33,000 nt of DNA, from positions 201,996,001-202,029,000 of the forward strand of contig NC_042997.1 in NCBI RefSeq assembly GCF_006345805.1. The letters run 5' to 3'. A program made the translations under genes and the position numbers. The notes beneath the pieces were generated by a model. That model did no database searches. It was not told the DNA's origin and saw only the letters and a list, made by a program, of their open reading frames with translations. Positions within the stretch are counted from its first letter, which is position 1, and each line of letters opens with the position of its first letter. Source of the stretch: Octopus sinensis. Lineage: Eukaryota. Below are positions 1 through 9,639 of this stretch, one piece after another.

Positions 1-80
1 TATACTATAGCCTCGAGTTGACCAAAGCTTTGTGAGTGGATTTGGTAGTCGGAAACTGAATGAAGCCCATTGTATATGTA

Positions 81-111
<31 letters not shown>

Positions 112-312
112 GGGGGGGGTTTGTGTTTGTCCCCCAACTACCACTTCACAACCGATGCGGGTATGTTTATGTCCCTGTAACTTAGTGGTTTGGCAAAAGA
201 CACTGATAGAATAAGTACTAGGCTTACAAAGAATAAGCCTGGTGTAATTAGTTTGACTAAAGGTGGCGCTCCAGCATGGTTGCAGTCAAATGACTGAAAC
301 AAGTAAAAGAAT
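1..312 (+). mobile_element. SINE family C copy, head cut off by window edge
   Basis: Body tatagcctcgagttgaccaaagctttgtgagtggatttgg, internal (TA)n/(TG)n, tail ccagcatggttgcagtcaaatgactgaaacaagtaaaag; same layout recurs more than 10 times in the window. Confidence 0.85.
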
Positions 313-336
313 ATATATATACATACATATATATAT

Positions 337-370
<34 letters not shown>

Positions 371-377
371 ATATATC

Positions 378-600
378 TGTTCGAGTGCCTTTGTGTTTGT
401 TTTTCTCCTACCACTGCTCGACAACCAGAGTTGGTGTGTTTATGTCCCCATCACTTAGCAGTTCGATAAAAGAGACTAATAAGATAAGTACCAAACTTTA
501 AAAAAAAATAAGTATTGATGTTAATTCATTCAACTAAAATTCTTCAAGGCAGTGCCCCAGCATGGCCGCACTCCAATGACTGAAACATGTAAAAGATAAA
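378..600 (+). mobile_element. SINE family C 3' half (variant tail)
   Basis: gacaaccagagttggtgtgtttatgtcccc...ccagcatggccgcactccaatgactgaaacatgtaaaagataaa, homologous to 18480-18670. Confidence 0.8.
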
Positions 601-1019
601 CGACAAACGAATGATTTCATTATAAATCATACGATGTTTCTTATTCCATGTTTATAAATTAGAACTTGTTTGTTTAATTTTATTTGAGCAGTAAAGATTC
701 CACGTTCTTGATTAAATTTGAATTATTTAACATATTGAAATCAAAGAATAATTAAGTGTACCCAGCATGAAGAGAATTACATGTTATAAATATGCGCATG
801 TAAAGGTAAACACAATGTTATTTGTTGGCTTTTTTTTTCTTTTTGGTTGATGTTGCGTATACATTTGTTTACATTTGTCAAAGTTTCACAAAAAATAAAT
901 TAGGTTTACCTGAATACACATTTAAAAACTTTCATATACACTGTTTACGACAATCATAATTAATTTAATAAATGTAATATGGAGATTACGTTTTTTAGCT
1001 GGAAATTAATATAAATATA

Positions 1020-1110
1020 CACATTCACGTAACTGGCACTCCATCAGTTATAATGATGAGGGATCCAGTTGATCCAATCCAGAGAACAGCCTCCTCATGA
1101 AATTAGCATT
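1020..1110 (-). mobile_element. 3' tail fragment of SINE family A
   Basis: Reverse complement of the tail at 4420-4475 and 13250-13323 (ggcactcc...gagggatccagttgatccaatc...aacagcctcctcatgaaatt). Confidence 0.7.
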
Positions 1111-1202
1111 GCACTCCACTGAAACACGTACCGTTACTGGAGTTCTCAGGGAGATTCAGTGTGACACAGAATGTGAAAAAGCTGGTATTCTGAATTACAT
1201 GT

Positions 1203-1505
1203 GGAGGCACATGGCTTAGTGGTTAGAGCAGCAGACTCACAGTTGAGGGATCGCGGGTTCGAACCTCAGACCAGGCAATGTGTGTGTTTATGAGCGAAAC
1301 ACCTAAGCTCCATGCAGCTCCAATAGAAGGTAATGGTGAACTTCTGCTGACTCTTTCACCCCAACTTTCTCTCACTCTTTCCTCCTGCATCTTGCAGCTC
1401 ACCTGCGATGGACCGGCATCCTGTCCAGGTGGGGAACTTATACGCCAAGGAAACGGGGAAACCGGCCCTAATGAGCCAGGCATGGCTTGAGAAGGAACAA
1501 ACAAA
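1203..1505 (+). mobile_element. tRNA-derived SINE family B, near full length
   Basis: Pol III A box TGGCTTAGTGG at 1212-1222 and B box GGTTCGAACC at 1256-1265; body shared with family A; tail ends gaaggaacaaacaaa. Confidence 0.85.
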
Positions 1506-1519
1506 CTGAATTACAGGTA

Positions 1520-1655
1520 CATCACATTTTTGCCACCTGAGTAGACTGGAGCACCATGAAATAAAGTGTCTTGCTCAAGGACTGCCAGGAACAGAACTCA
1601 AAACCTCATGGTTGTAAGCTGAATACCCTAATCATTAAGGCATATACCTTCACCA
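1520..1655 (-). mobile_element. Decayed SINE head (family F-like)
   Basis: gactggagcaccatgaaataaagtgtcttgctcaagga...taccctaatcattaagg matches 29220-29346. Confidence 0.6.
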
Positions 1656-1689
1656 ATCAGTTTCCTAATCATAAATTATTACAAGCCTA

Positions 1690-1790
1690 CACATTCACAT
1701 AACTGGCTCTCCTTCAGTTACAATGACAGGGGTTCCAGTTGATCCAATCAACAGAACAGCTTGCTCTTGTAATTTACATGCACTCCACAG
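1690..1790 (-). mobile_element. 3' tail fragment of SINE family A
   Basis: Second copy of the 1020-1110 segment (cacataactggctctccttcagttacaatgacaggggttccagttgatccaatcaacagaacagc). Confidence 0.7.
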
Positions 1791-1829
1791 ATATGCACAC
1801 ACACACATTTGGCTTCATATATTATTGTG

Positions 1830-2260
1830 AACCTATTTAAGCTGGCATGTGATCCTCCAAAAAGCAACACATACCCAATTAACTATAGTTACCACACCAA
1901 AGCAATAGCATATGAATGGAAGTCAGCTCTGAAAGCAAGAAGAGAACAGACATCAAAAAATATATAAATATATTAGAATGGCCAAAGGACAATTCAAAAG
2001 AAGTTGCTATCCACATCACCACATTAAGGCATTAAAAAAAAGTCTGCAGTTACATTGAAATACATCGTGTCTACTGAAAGAGAACACAGAGAGTACAATT
2101 GTGTGGAGAAATAAAGAAATATAGTAGGCCGTACATCAGTTGAATGAAAAGATGCACTACAGGGATAATATATACAATATTGCAACTTACAAAAGCTTCT
2201 GTCTATTTGAGCTGCTGCTCAGAATAATTTGGTCCATGCAGACATTTCTTCAAGTTTTTG
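1830..2260 (+). mobile_element. Possible heavily decayed R4/Dong-like non-LTR retrotransposon 3' remnant
   Basis: With frameshifts, 2050-2111 reads like TLKYIVS..KE(Y)TER(H)NCV(G)K (compare TIxHIVSGC..EYxxRHNxV after the CCHC knuckle) and 2185-2230 like LQKA.V..GTARII. Alignment by eye only. Confidence 0.3.
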
Positions 2261-2659
2261 CTGAAGTGCTGACATCCCACAAATCCTCAAGACTAATCAG
2301 TTATTTTATACTTTTCATCCTAGGACTCTATTATTTCCGATAAACTACAAGATAATTGTATTTTGTAATTTATGTATAATTCTTAATGTTTTATATGCAT
2401 GCTCGTGTATCAGTAGCATTATTTTATTCTTGCTTTTAACTGAAAAAAAAGAAAGAAAACTGGAATGCACCGGACATATAAATGCAACTTATACATAAAT
2501 ACAGTGTGTGTATGTGTGTAGTTTAGTTACAGGTTTCATGAGAATCTAGGTGCATCAACATGTAAGATGCCAAGATTGGTTCAGTGTCATAGCATTGAGT
2601 GAACAGTGAGTTAAAAACAACCATTAGGTGTCATGTGTTGGTAATGTACTGCAGGTGTT

Positions 2660-3087
2660 CTTTTATTCTTTTACTTGTTTCAGTCATTTTACTGTGGCCA
2701 TACTGGAGCACTGCCTTTAGTCGAGCAAATATCAATCCCAGGACTTATTCTTTGTAAGCCTAGAACTTATTCTATTGGTCTCTTTTGCTGAACTGCTTGG
2801 CTACAGGGACATAAACACACCAGCATCGGTTGTCAAGCGATCTTGGTGGGGACAAACACAGACATAGAAACATATACATACATACATACATACATATACA
2901 CACACACATACATATATACATTTAAACAATGGGCTTCTTTCAGTTTCTGTTGACCAAATCTACTCACAAGGCTTTGGTCAGCCCGAGGCTATAGTAGAAG
3001 ACACTTGCCCATGGTGCCATGCAGTGGGACTGAACTCAGAACCATGTGGTTGGTAAGCAAGCTACTTACCACACAGCCACTCCCGTA
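2660..3087 (-). mobile_element. SINE family C, full length, CpG-decayed
   Basis: cttttacttgtttcagtcattttactgtggccatactggagcactgcc to caagctacttaccacacagccactcc; tRNA-like head at the right end. Confidence 0.9.
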
Positions 3088-3236
3088 TATAAATAGGTAC
3101 CAAATCCAACATAAACTGTAAGATCTGATTTGGAGTTGGTTCCAGGTGTGGCATAAGTATAAAAGAAAAATACAAATTAGGTTTAAAATTTACAAATAGG
3201 GTTTTAAATGTTAAATCTTATTTGTGTTATTTGATA

Positions 3237-3243
3237 TGTATAT

Positions 3244-3287
<44 letters not shown>

Positions 3288-3302
3288 TATACACACACAC
3301 AC
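3237..3302. repeat. (TA)n(CA)n microsatellite
   Basis: Directly visible. Confidence 0.95.
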
Positions 3303-3303
3303 A

Positions 3304-3374
3304 GAGTAGTACCACGGTTTTCGAACAACTCTGATCGTGAATAAATCATGCTTTATATATATATATATATATAT

Positions 3375-3408
<34 letters not shown>

Positions 3409-3540
3409 ACCACGATTTATTTGTGATCAGAAGCATTCATAAACCAAGGTACTACTGTATTAAATGAATATGAGAAAGATAGGAGATAAAGTACGATTTA
3501 TTCGTGATCAGAGTTGTTCGAAAACCAAGGTTCTACTGTA
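3304..3540. mobile_element. Tc1/mariner (Tigger/pogo-like) MITE with one left and two right TIRs
   Basis: Left TIR about 3305-3349 (agtagtaccacggttttcgaacaactctgatcgtgaataaatc); reverse-complement copies at 3412-3457 and 3493-3538, each ending ctactg followed by TA. Confidence 0.75.
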
Positions 3541-3810
3541 TATCATCATCACCTTTTAACATCCACTTTCCATGCTGGTATAGGTTGGACAGTTTGACTG
3601 AGGGCTGGCAAGCCAGAAGGCTGCACCGGGCTCCAATCCAATCCGGTAAAGTTTCTATAGCTGGATGCTCTTCCTAATGACAACCACTCTAAAAGTGTAG
3701 TGGGTGCTTTTTACATGCCACCGATACGAGGGCCGGTCAGGTGGTACTGGCATCGACCACACTTGAATGGTACTTTTTATGTACCATCAAGCACAGGAGC
3801 TAGTCATTTT
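3541..3810 (-). mobile_element. SINE-like family D (CAT-tailed)
   Basis: catcatcacc...tttccatgctggtataggttggac...gctggatgctcttcctaatgacaaccactc...gtgcttttacatgccacc. Confidence 0.85.
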
Positions 3811-4122
3811 ATTTGATTTTATATGACAAATAACACTCAAATAACACTTTATTCTAAAGCATATGTATATTGAGTTCTGACACTAGGTTATTAGTAGTGT
3901 TATGACGAAGTGATACTAATAATAATTTGGGCGAAATGGTTTGATTTTGAGCTGTCCCTTTTCAATCTTATTTTTATCATTTATAATCTTTAATTAATTT
4001 ATCGTTTACAATCCTTAATTACTTTATTCTTGAAAACTTATACTTTTTCACTGTAGTTACTTCTTCACATTGAATTTATCTCCCTTACTTTACTTTTGTT
4101 AGATATAAACTATAATATACTG

Positions 4123-4475
4123 TGGAGGTGCAATGGCCCAATGGTTAGGGCAGCGGACTCGAGGCCATGGGATAGTGGTTTTGATTCCCAGATCGGGCGT
4201 TGTGAGTGTTTGAGCAAAAACATCTAAAGCTTCATGAGGCTCCGGCTGGGGGTTGGGTGGTGAACCCTGCTGTACTCTTTCACCACAACTTTCTCTCACT
4301 CTCTCTTCCTGTTTCTGTTGTACCTGTATTTCAAAGGGCCAGCCTTGTCACACACTGTCATGCTGAAACCCCCCTCAAGAACTACGTTAAGGGTACATGT
4401 GTCTATGGAGCACTCAGCCACTTGCACGTTAATTTCATGAGCAGGCTGTTCCATTGATCGGATCAATGGAACACG
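4123..4475 (+). mobile_element. tRNA-derived SINE family A
   Basis: Head ggaggtgcaatggcccaatggttagggcagcggactc; collinear with 12946-13323 over its whole length. Confidence 0.9.
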
Positions 4476-5164
4476 TAATATACCACTTTAAAGAGTAACT
4501 ATCACTTTCAAAGTATCCAGAGTTAGCTGACATGTAGATCTGTACACATGACAAAAAAGATTCATCCAACATATGAATAGATCCATGTTTACCATTTGTG
4601 TGTGTGTTTTGAAAAAGGGTTGATCAAAAGTGGAGAATCTGTGGCCTGATAGGCATATGCATCCTTTGAAGCCCTTAAGTGTATCCTTTTGTAAGATGTA
4701 TGGATTTTGCTTTTAAAAAATACGTTTTTTAGTAGGAAACTTGCAAAACAAATACATAAACATAACCTTTTTGTTTATTTCACATTATAAATATATTTAT
4801 TCTCATGCTTTTCGATTCCTAAAGAAAGCACATTAATTGGTCATTTTATATTTTTATGTCTAACTTTAATATCTATAATTACATTTTCATAAGAAATGTA
4901 ATTATATTTTTCTGTATATTTAATAAAATTCTTTAATGAGGCCTTATTAGATTACATTTAATTCAATGTTGTCCTCATATGCAAATAAATATATAAATAG
5001 AAAGAAAGAAAGAAGTGTTCTCACCTCTGTAGCCTACATAGTGGTGAACTTGATATATTGTTAATCTTGTATGTTGCCTTATTTTTCATTCTACCTTAAT
5101 CTAAAATTTAAAGTAGATTGTGAAACAGTTGCTCACTTATATGTATAATTAAATAGAAAGCAGC

Positions 5165-5780
5165 AATAATAATAATGATGATGATGAGGATAATAATAAT
5201 AATAATAATAATATTCCTGATGCAGTACAAGGCAGTGGCTCTCATGGCTTTTGAGCTTAACTTATTGAAGGTGTTAACATGTATATGGTTTACCTTGGTA
5301 ATATAGATGGGCAACAGCAAATATTCTGCTCAGTACCACAGATTTGTTTGTCCGTTGCTTGACCTTAACCAGTTGAGCATATCCCTTTGTGGCTGACAAT
5401 ATGTGTATCTCTGACCAAAGGCAGGAGAAATGGGGGAGCATCATAGCCATGCGTTGAGATGGATTTTGGGGGATTTTATCACTCAGTCTTGGAAACATGG
5501 GTGTTTTGTTTATCATCTTTAAACAACCCTTATTCAGAGAATTTTTCTGTAGGATGTACTGTTTGACTTGAAAAAAATTCTAACTGGGCCTCATCTGCAA
5601 GGTCATGCACTGTTTAGCTCGATATAAGGTCACCATGTTGTGCACATTTGGTTGTGGTGCATGTGCCTGGCGAAACCTTATCAGATGGGTAGTCATGATG
5701 GGTATATTGGGCTTCATATGTTTGTACTCCAGCATCATTTTGATGGCATATACTGCTCTCTCACTCTAATAATAATAGCC
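5165..5780. mobile_element. About 600-bp interspersed repeat embedded in (AAT)n
   Basis: Flanked by (AAT/GAT)n at 5165-5215 and aataataat at 5768-5777; I recall this sequence (cctgatgcagtac...ctctctcactc) as a high-copy Octopus repeat, but only one copy is in this window. Confidence 0.6.
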
Positions 5781-6119
5781 AACCTGTTTATTCATCTCCA
5801 CACCTGCAAAACATTTTGCCATTATTCAGTCTGTCACTAAGCTCTATATTCTACGATGTGGCTATGGGTGGGTTTTTGTTTCAAATAAATTAAAAGTCAC
5901 ACCTTCTTTAGAAAGTTAATACAATTGGAACTTACATCCCCCACCCTTCCCTCAGAAATTGTTACTGTTTTGGCTTTCAATATCAAATAGATCATACTTG
6001 CTTTTTTTTTTGTATCTGGGTGAAAAAAAATATATACAAAAAAATTCTGTTCTTAATTATTTCATCTTTGTAGTTAGTTTTGGTGTGAATATTGTTTCAA
6101 AATATGTTTGTCTTTACAG

Positions 6120-6168
6120 ACATGACTGAAATATTTTTTCATACTTTGGTACAAGAACTCGCTGAAAA
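6120..6168 (+). CDS. Candidate short coding exon, (x)MTEIFFHTLVQELAE, product unknown
   Basis: Acceptor tgtttgtctttacag, donor AA|gtaatg, 49 nt, only one frame open, not matching any repeat in the window. Confidence 0.3.
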
Positions 6169-6177
6169 GTAATGTTA

Positions 6178-6541
6178 TCTCTATCTCTATGTATATAAAC
6201 GGCAAAATGTCTGTGTGTGTCCTTTATACAAAATCCACAATTTTTCAGTTAGAGGGCTTGCACTTTCTATGGTCATTCAAAACCATCCAAGGGTGGTCGT
6301 GCACATCTTTACATTTCCCCAGTCACTCCGCAAAGCCATTAAAAAATCAATAGAAGTGACTTTTTTGTGAATCTTCTATCTAAAACCCAATCAAAATGCC
6401 CAAAACTTGATACACCAATTTGAATGCCAGCTAGCTGTATGTGATTGGTCGGAGATTTGGACAGTACTCTCGTGTATGTGTGCATGCATGCAGCTGTATA
6501 TGCATGCACTATGACCTGGCATTGCGGGTTCATAGTGCTAG
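6178..6541 (+). mobile_element. Non-autonomous Helitron (DINE/HINE-like)
   Basis: Starts A|TC (tctctatctctatgtatataaa then tgtctgtgtgtgt), ends CTAG|T at 6538-6542, with imperfect hairpin acctggcattgcgggt at 6514-6529. Confidence 0.65.
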
Positions 6542-6957
6542 TATTTAATAATGTAATTCATGTTGGACTCAAATTGTGCCCTCTCAAGCCCCCTCAGACT
6601 GTTCTCTACAGGCCCTCTCAGACTGCTAAAGCTGATGTAGATGGGGTTTGATTTGAATTTCTGCAAATTGATTCCGTAGTGAATGTGGGAGAGCAAGGAG
6701 AGAATTCTAGAAAGGAGCAGCATCAGTAGATTGATTGGTTAAAGTGTTTAATGGGAAGTTTGGAGAATGAAACCAAATAGGGACCACAAGTGGAGGGGAG
6801 GAAGGTCCATTGGGTGAATGGAGGTAGAGAGGGTGCGGAGAAGGAAGTATCTAAGATTACATGAATTCAATGCTCCTCTTCTTTATTTCAGAAAGGAAGT
6901 TTTGATTTGAGGGAGGTTTCATGATTATTTCTAACTATTCAAATGACCACCTAGGGC

Positions 6958-7030
6958 AGTGGTTCTCAATCTAATTAATATCTGAGCCAGATCCCAAATC
7001 TGGATTTTGGGGAGCAGTGTGGGTTGAGGT
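6958..7030 (+). mobile_element. Orphan left end of a hAT (Charlie-type) MITE
   Basis: cagtggttctcaa, the same TIR as at 28317; no right end found. Confidence 0.4.
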
Positions 7031-7057
7031 GGACACAAAAGAAAATAATAAAACACA

Positions 7058-7250
7058 AATCATCATCATCATCGTTTAGCGTCCACTTTCCATGCTAGCA
7101 TGGGTTGGACTGGTACTTAATTTATTGACCCTGAAAGGATGAAAGGCAAAGTCGACCTTGGTGGAATTTGAACTCAGAACATAAAGACAGACGAAATACC
7201 ACTAAGCATTCTGCTCACCATGCTAACATTCCAGCCAGCTCGTCGCCTTG
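7058..7250 (-). mobile_element. Family D tail fused to SINE family E head
   Basis: catcatcatcgtttagcgtccactttccatgctagcatgggttggac followed directly by tggtacttaatttattgaccctgaaaggatgaaaggcaaagtcgacc. Confidence 0.8.
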
Positions 7251-7608
7251 GCACAAGACTTCATTAAAAAATTCCTCTGGCAGCACCAAACTTTTAAAAC
7301 TTGTGCAGTTTGTTTCCTTTACATAAAGTGGATAGCTATATTTGTATTTCTTTCGCAAATAATTCTTTCAAGACTATAAGAATTCATATTGCTGAAATTA
7401 TTCCAAAATATTAAAATATTCTTTATTTATATTTATGTTGAAATTGAGTATTGATTTTGTTTGATTGTTTGGAATAAATGAATAATAATAATGTTGAGAA
7501 ATGTCAAAATCTTCATTTTGAATATTATTTTTTAAAATAATGATATTTCTACTGAATATTTATCTAATAGTCAGTAAAGCTATTTATATAGTACTTCACC
7601 TCTTTCAG

Positions 7609-7666
7609 GTATGCAAAACTCAAGAAATCATTCAAAGAACAGCATAGAAGAAAAATAAAACATTGA
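7609..7666 (+). CDS. Candidate terminal exon, KYAKLKKSFKEQHRRKIKH-stop if spliced to 6168
   Basis: Acceptor cttcacctctttcag, phase-compatible with 6120-6168; the same site also reads as a donor (CAG|gtatgc), so it is ambiguous. Confidence 0.2.
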
Positions 7667-8027
7667 ATTAAATCATTGATTCTCATAACTGAACTAAAGT
7701 ATATCCATTGTATGAACAGAACAAAAAGCATTATATGTCAGTACTTGTTACATATGAAATAACAGCCAAATCTTCATGGAATCATATTTTTGTCATTATC
7801 ATCATCATCATCATCATAGTTTTAACAGCTACTTTTCCATACTTGTGTAGGCCAGACAGAGTTTTCTGAGACAGATTTTCTGTGGCTGGATGCCTTTCCT
7901 GTTGCTAAACCTTATTTATTTCCTAGCAAGAGATGTTTCCACAGAATATTTGAAATGAACAGCACTGCTTGTATGATAGTGACAATCATTTACAGCTATC
8001 ATACAATATCAAAACAAGGAGGAAGGT

Positions 8028-8205
8028 GGCAAACTGGCAGAAGGCAAAGTCAAATTCTGCCGAGGTTGACTTTGCCTTTCATCCTTTCGGGGGTCGATAA
8101 AATTAAGTACCAGTTATGCACTGGGGTCGATGTAATTGACTTAATCTGTTTGTCTGTCCTTGTTTGTCCCCTCTATGTTTAGCTCCTTGTGGGTAACAAA
8201 GAAAT
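8028..8205 (+). mobile_element. SINE family E
   Basis: aaattctgccgaggttgactttgcctttcatcctttcgggggtcgataaaattaagtaccag...tgtgggtaacaaagaaataag. Confidence 0.85.
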
Positions 8206-8650
8206 AAGAAACGTTAGCATGCCAAGCAAAATGCTTAGTGGTGGCACGTAAGAAGCACCAACCGATCAACATTGCCAGCCTCCTCTGGCCCCTGTGCTGG
8301 TGGCACATAAAAAGCACCCACTACACTCATGGAGTGGTTGACGTTAGGAAGGACATCCAGCTGTAGAAACATTGCCAGATCTGACTGGAGCCTGCTACAG
8401 CCTCCTGGCTTCCCAGACCTCATTCGAACTGTCCAACCCATGCTAGCATGGAAAGCGGACGTTAAACGATGATGATGATGATATATTTCATCTGTCTTTA
8501 CATTCTGAGTTCAAATTTCCATCAAGGTCAACTTTGCCTTTCATCCTTTTGAGGTTGATAAATTAAGTACCAGTTACATACTGGGACCGATCTAATTGAC
8601 TAGTCCCTCTCTCCAAAAATTTCAGGCCTTGTGCCTAGTGTAGAACAGAA
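8206..8650 (+). mobile_element. SINE family E copy split by a family D insertion
   Basis: Head acgttagcatgccaagcaaaatgcttagtg stops at about 8237 and resumes at 8482 as atatttcatctgtctttacattctgagttcaaat. Confidence 0.75.
8238..8481 (+). mobile_element. SINE-like family D, nested
   Basis: ggcacgtaagaagcacc...ccatgctagcatggaaagcggacgttaaacgatgatgatgatg. Confidence 0.85.
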
Positions 8651-8654
8651 AAGA

Positions 8655-8848
8655 ATATCAAAACAGGGAGACACACATACACACAAGATGGGTCTCAATA
8701 CATTCTTTGTCTACTAAATCCATTCACATGGCTTTGGTCAGCCCAGAGCTGCTGTAGGGAACACTTGCCCAAATTGTCACACTGTGGGACTGAAGCAGGA
8801 ACCTTTTGGTTGGGAAGCAGGTAACTTACCACACAGCCATACCTGCAC
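8655..8848 (-). mobile_element. SINE family C 5' half
   Basis: ctactaaatccattcacatggctttggtcagccc...cttaccacacagccatacctgcac. Confidence 0.75.
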
Positions 8849-8894
8849 ATGTGTATGCTTTTGTGACAAACTGCAACACATACCTCTACCTCTG

Positions 8895-9130
8895 TTTAAA
8901 CCCTTTTCACACTAACCTGCTTGAGATTGCTCCCTGGTCTATGATACAAACTTGCTTTTTATAAAGCAATATAAATTAAAACTTCCATCAGAATTTCTTG
9001 TTAGTTCATGCTACAAACATCAGCTTAATATTGAAGTTATTTTATTAAATTTTATTATTTTCAAAATTATATAAAATATAGGCATTATATATCAACAAAA
9101 CTAAGATAGCATAAATGAGACATTGCCACT
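8895..9130. mobile_element. Decayed piggyBac-type MITE, family 1
   Basis: Starts ttaaacccttttc; body homologous to 12707-12924 (tatgatacaaactt, catcagcttaa). Confidence 0.6.
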
Positions 9131-9227
9131 ACTGAATAGAAAATATACACAGTAGGTAGTAGAACTACAACACCATTTCTACTACCCACACTATATTTAT
9201 GAGATATATATATGTATATATATAAAT

Positions 9228-9618
9228 ACATTCATTTTCCATGCTGACATGGGCAGAACGGATTGACTGAGGTCTGGAAAGCCAGCGGCTGCACCAGGCT
9301 CCAGTCTGATCTGGTAAAGTTTCTACAGCTGGATGCCCTTCCTAATGCCAACAACTTCAAGAGTGTAGTGGGTGCTTTTTATGTGATATTGGTATGGGCG
9401 CCAGTCAGGGGGCGCTGGCATCGACCACATTTTGATGATGCTTTTTATGTGCCAGCAGCACAGGAGCCAGCCAGGTGGGCCTGACATCGGCCATGTTTGG
9501 ATAGTGCTTTTTATGTGCCAGCAGCACAGGAGGCAGCCAGGTGGGCTTGGTATTAGCCATGTTTGGATAGGGCTTTTTATGTGCCACTGGCACGGGAGCC
9601 AGTCAGGTGGGCCTGGGT
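9228..9618 (-). mobile_element. SINE-like family D with internal 66-bp tandem array
   Basis: Family D body at 9228-9372, then units starting at 9373, 9439, 9505 and 9571. Confidence 0.9.
9373..9615. repeat. 66-bp tandem repeat, about 3.7 copies
   Basis: Anchor (t/g)gctttttatgtg recurs at exactly 66-nt spacing; this explains the repetitive ORFs 9323-9640, 9405-9593 and 9432-9686. Confidence 0.95.
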
Positions 9619-9639
9619 TTGTTATATATCTTTCATCCA

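Noticed and set aside
1203-1275. tRNA gene
   Set aside because: A and B boxes are present, but there is no acceptor-stem closure and it runs straight into a SINE body; the same holds for 4123, 12946 and 29280-29346.
5025-5101. Minus-strand exon with ttttag acceptor and gtgaga donor
   Set aside because: All three frames stop near the acceptor; more likely a retroelement scrap or chance.
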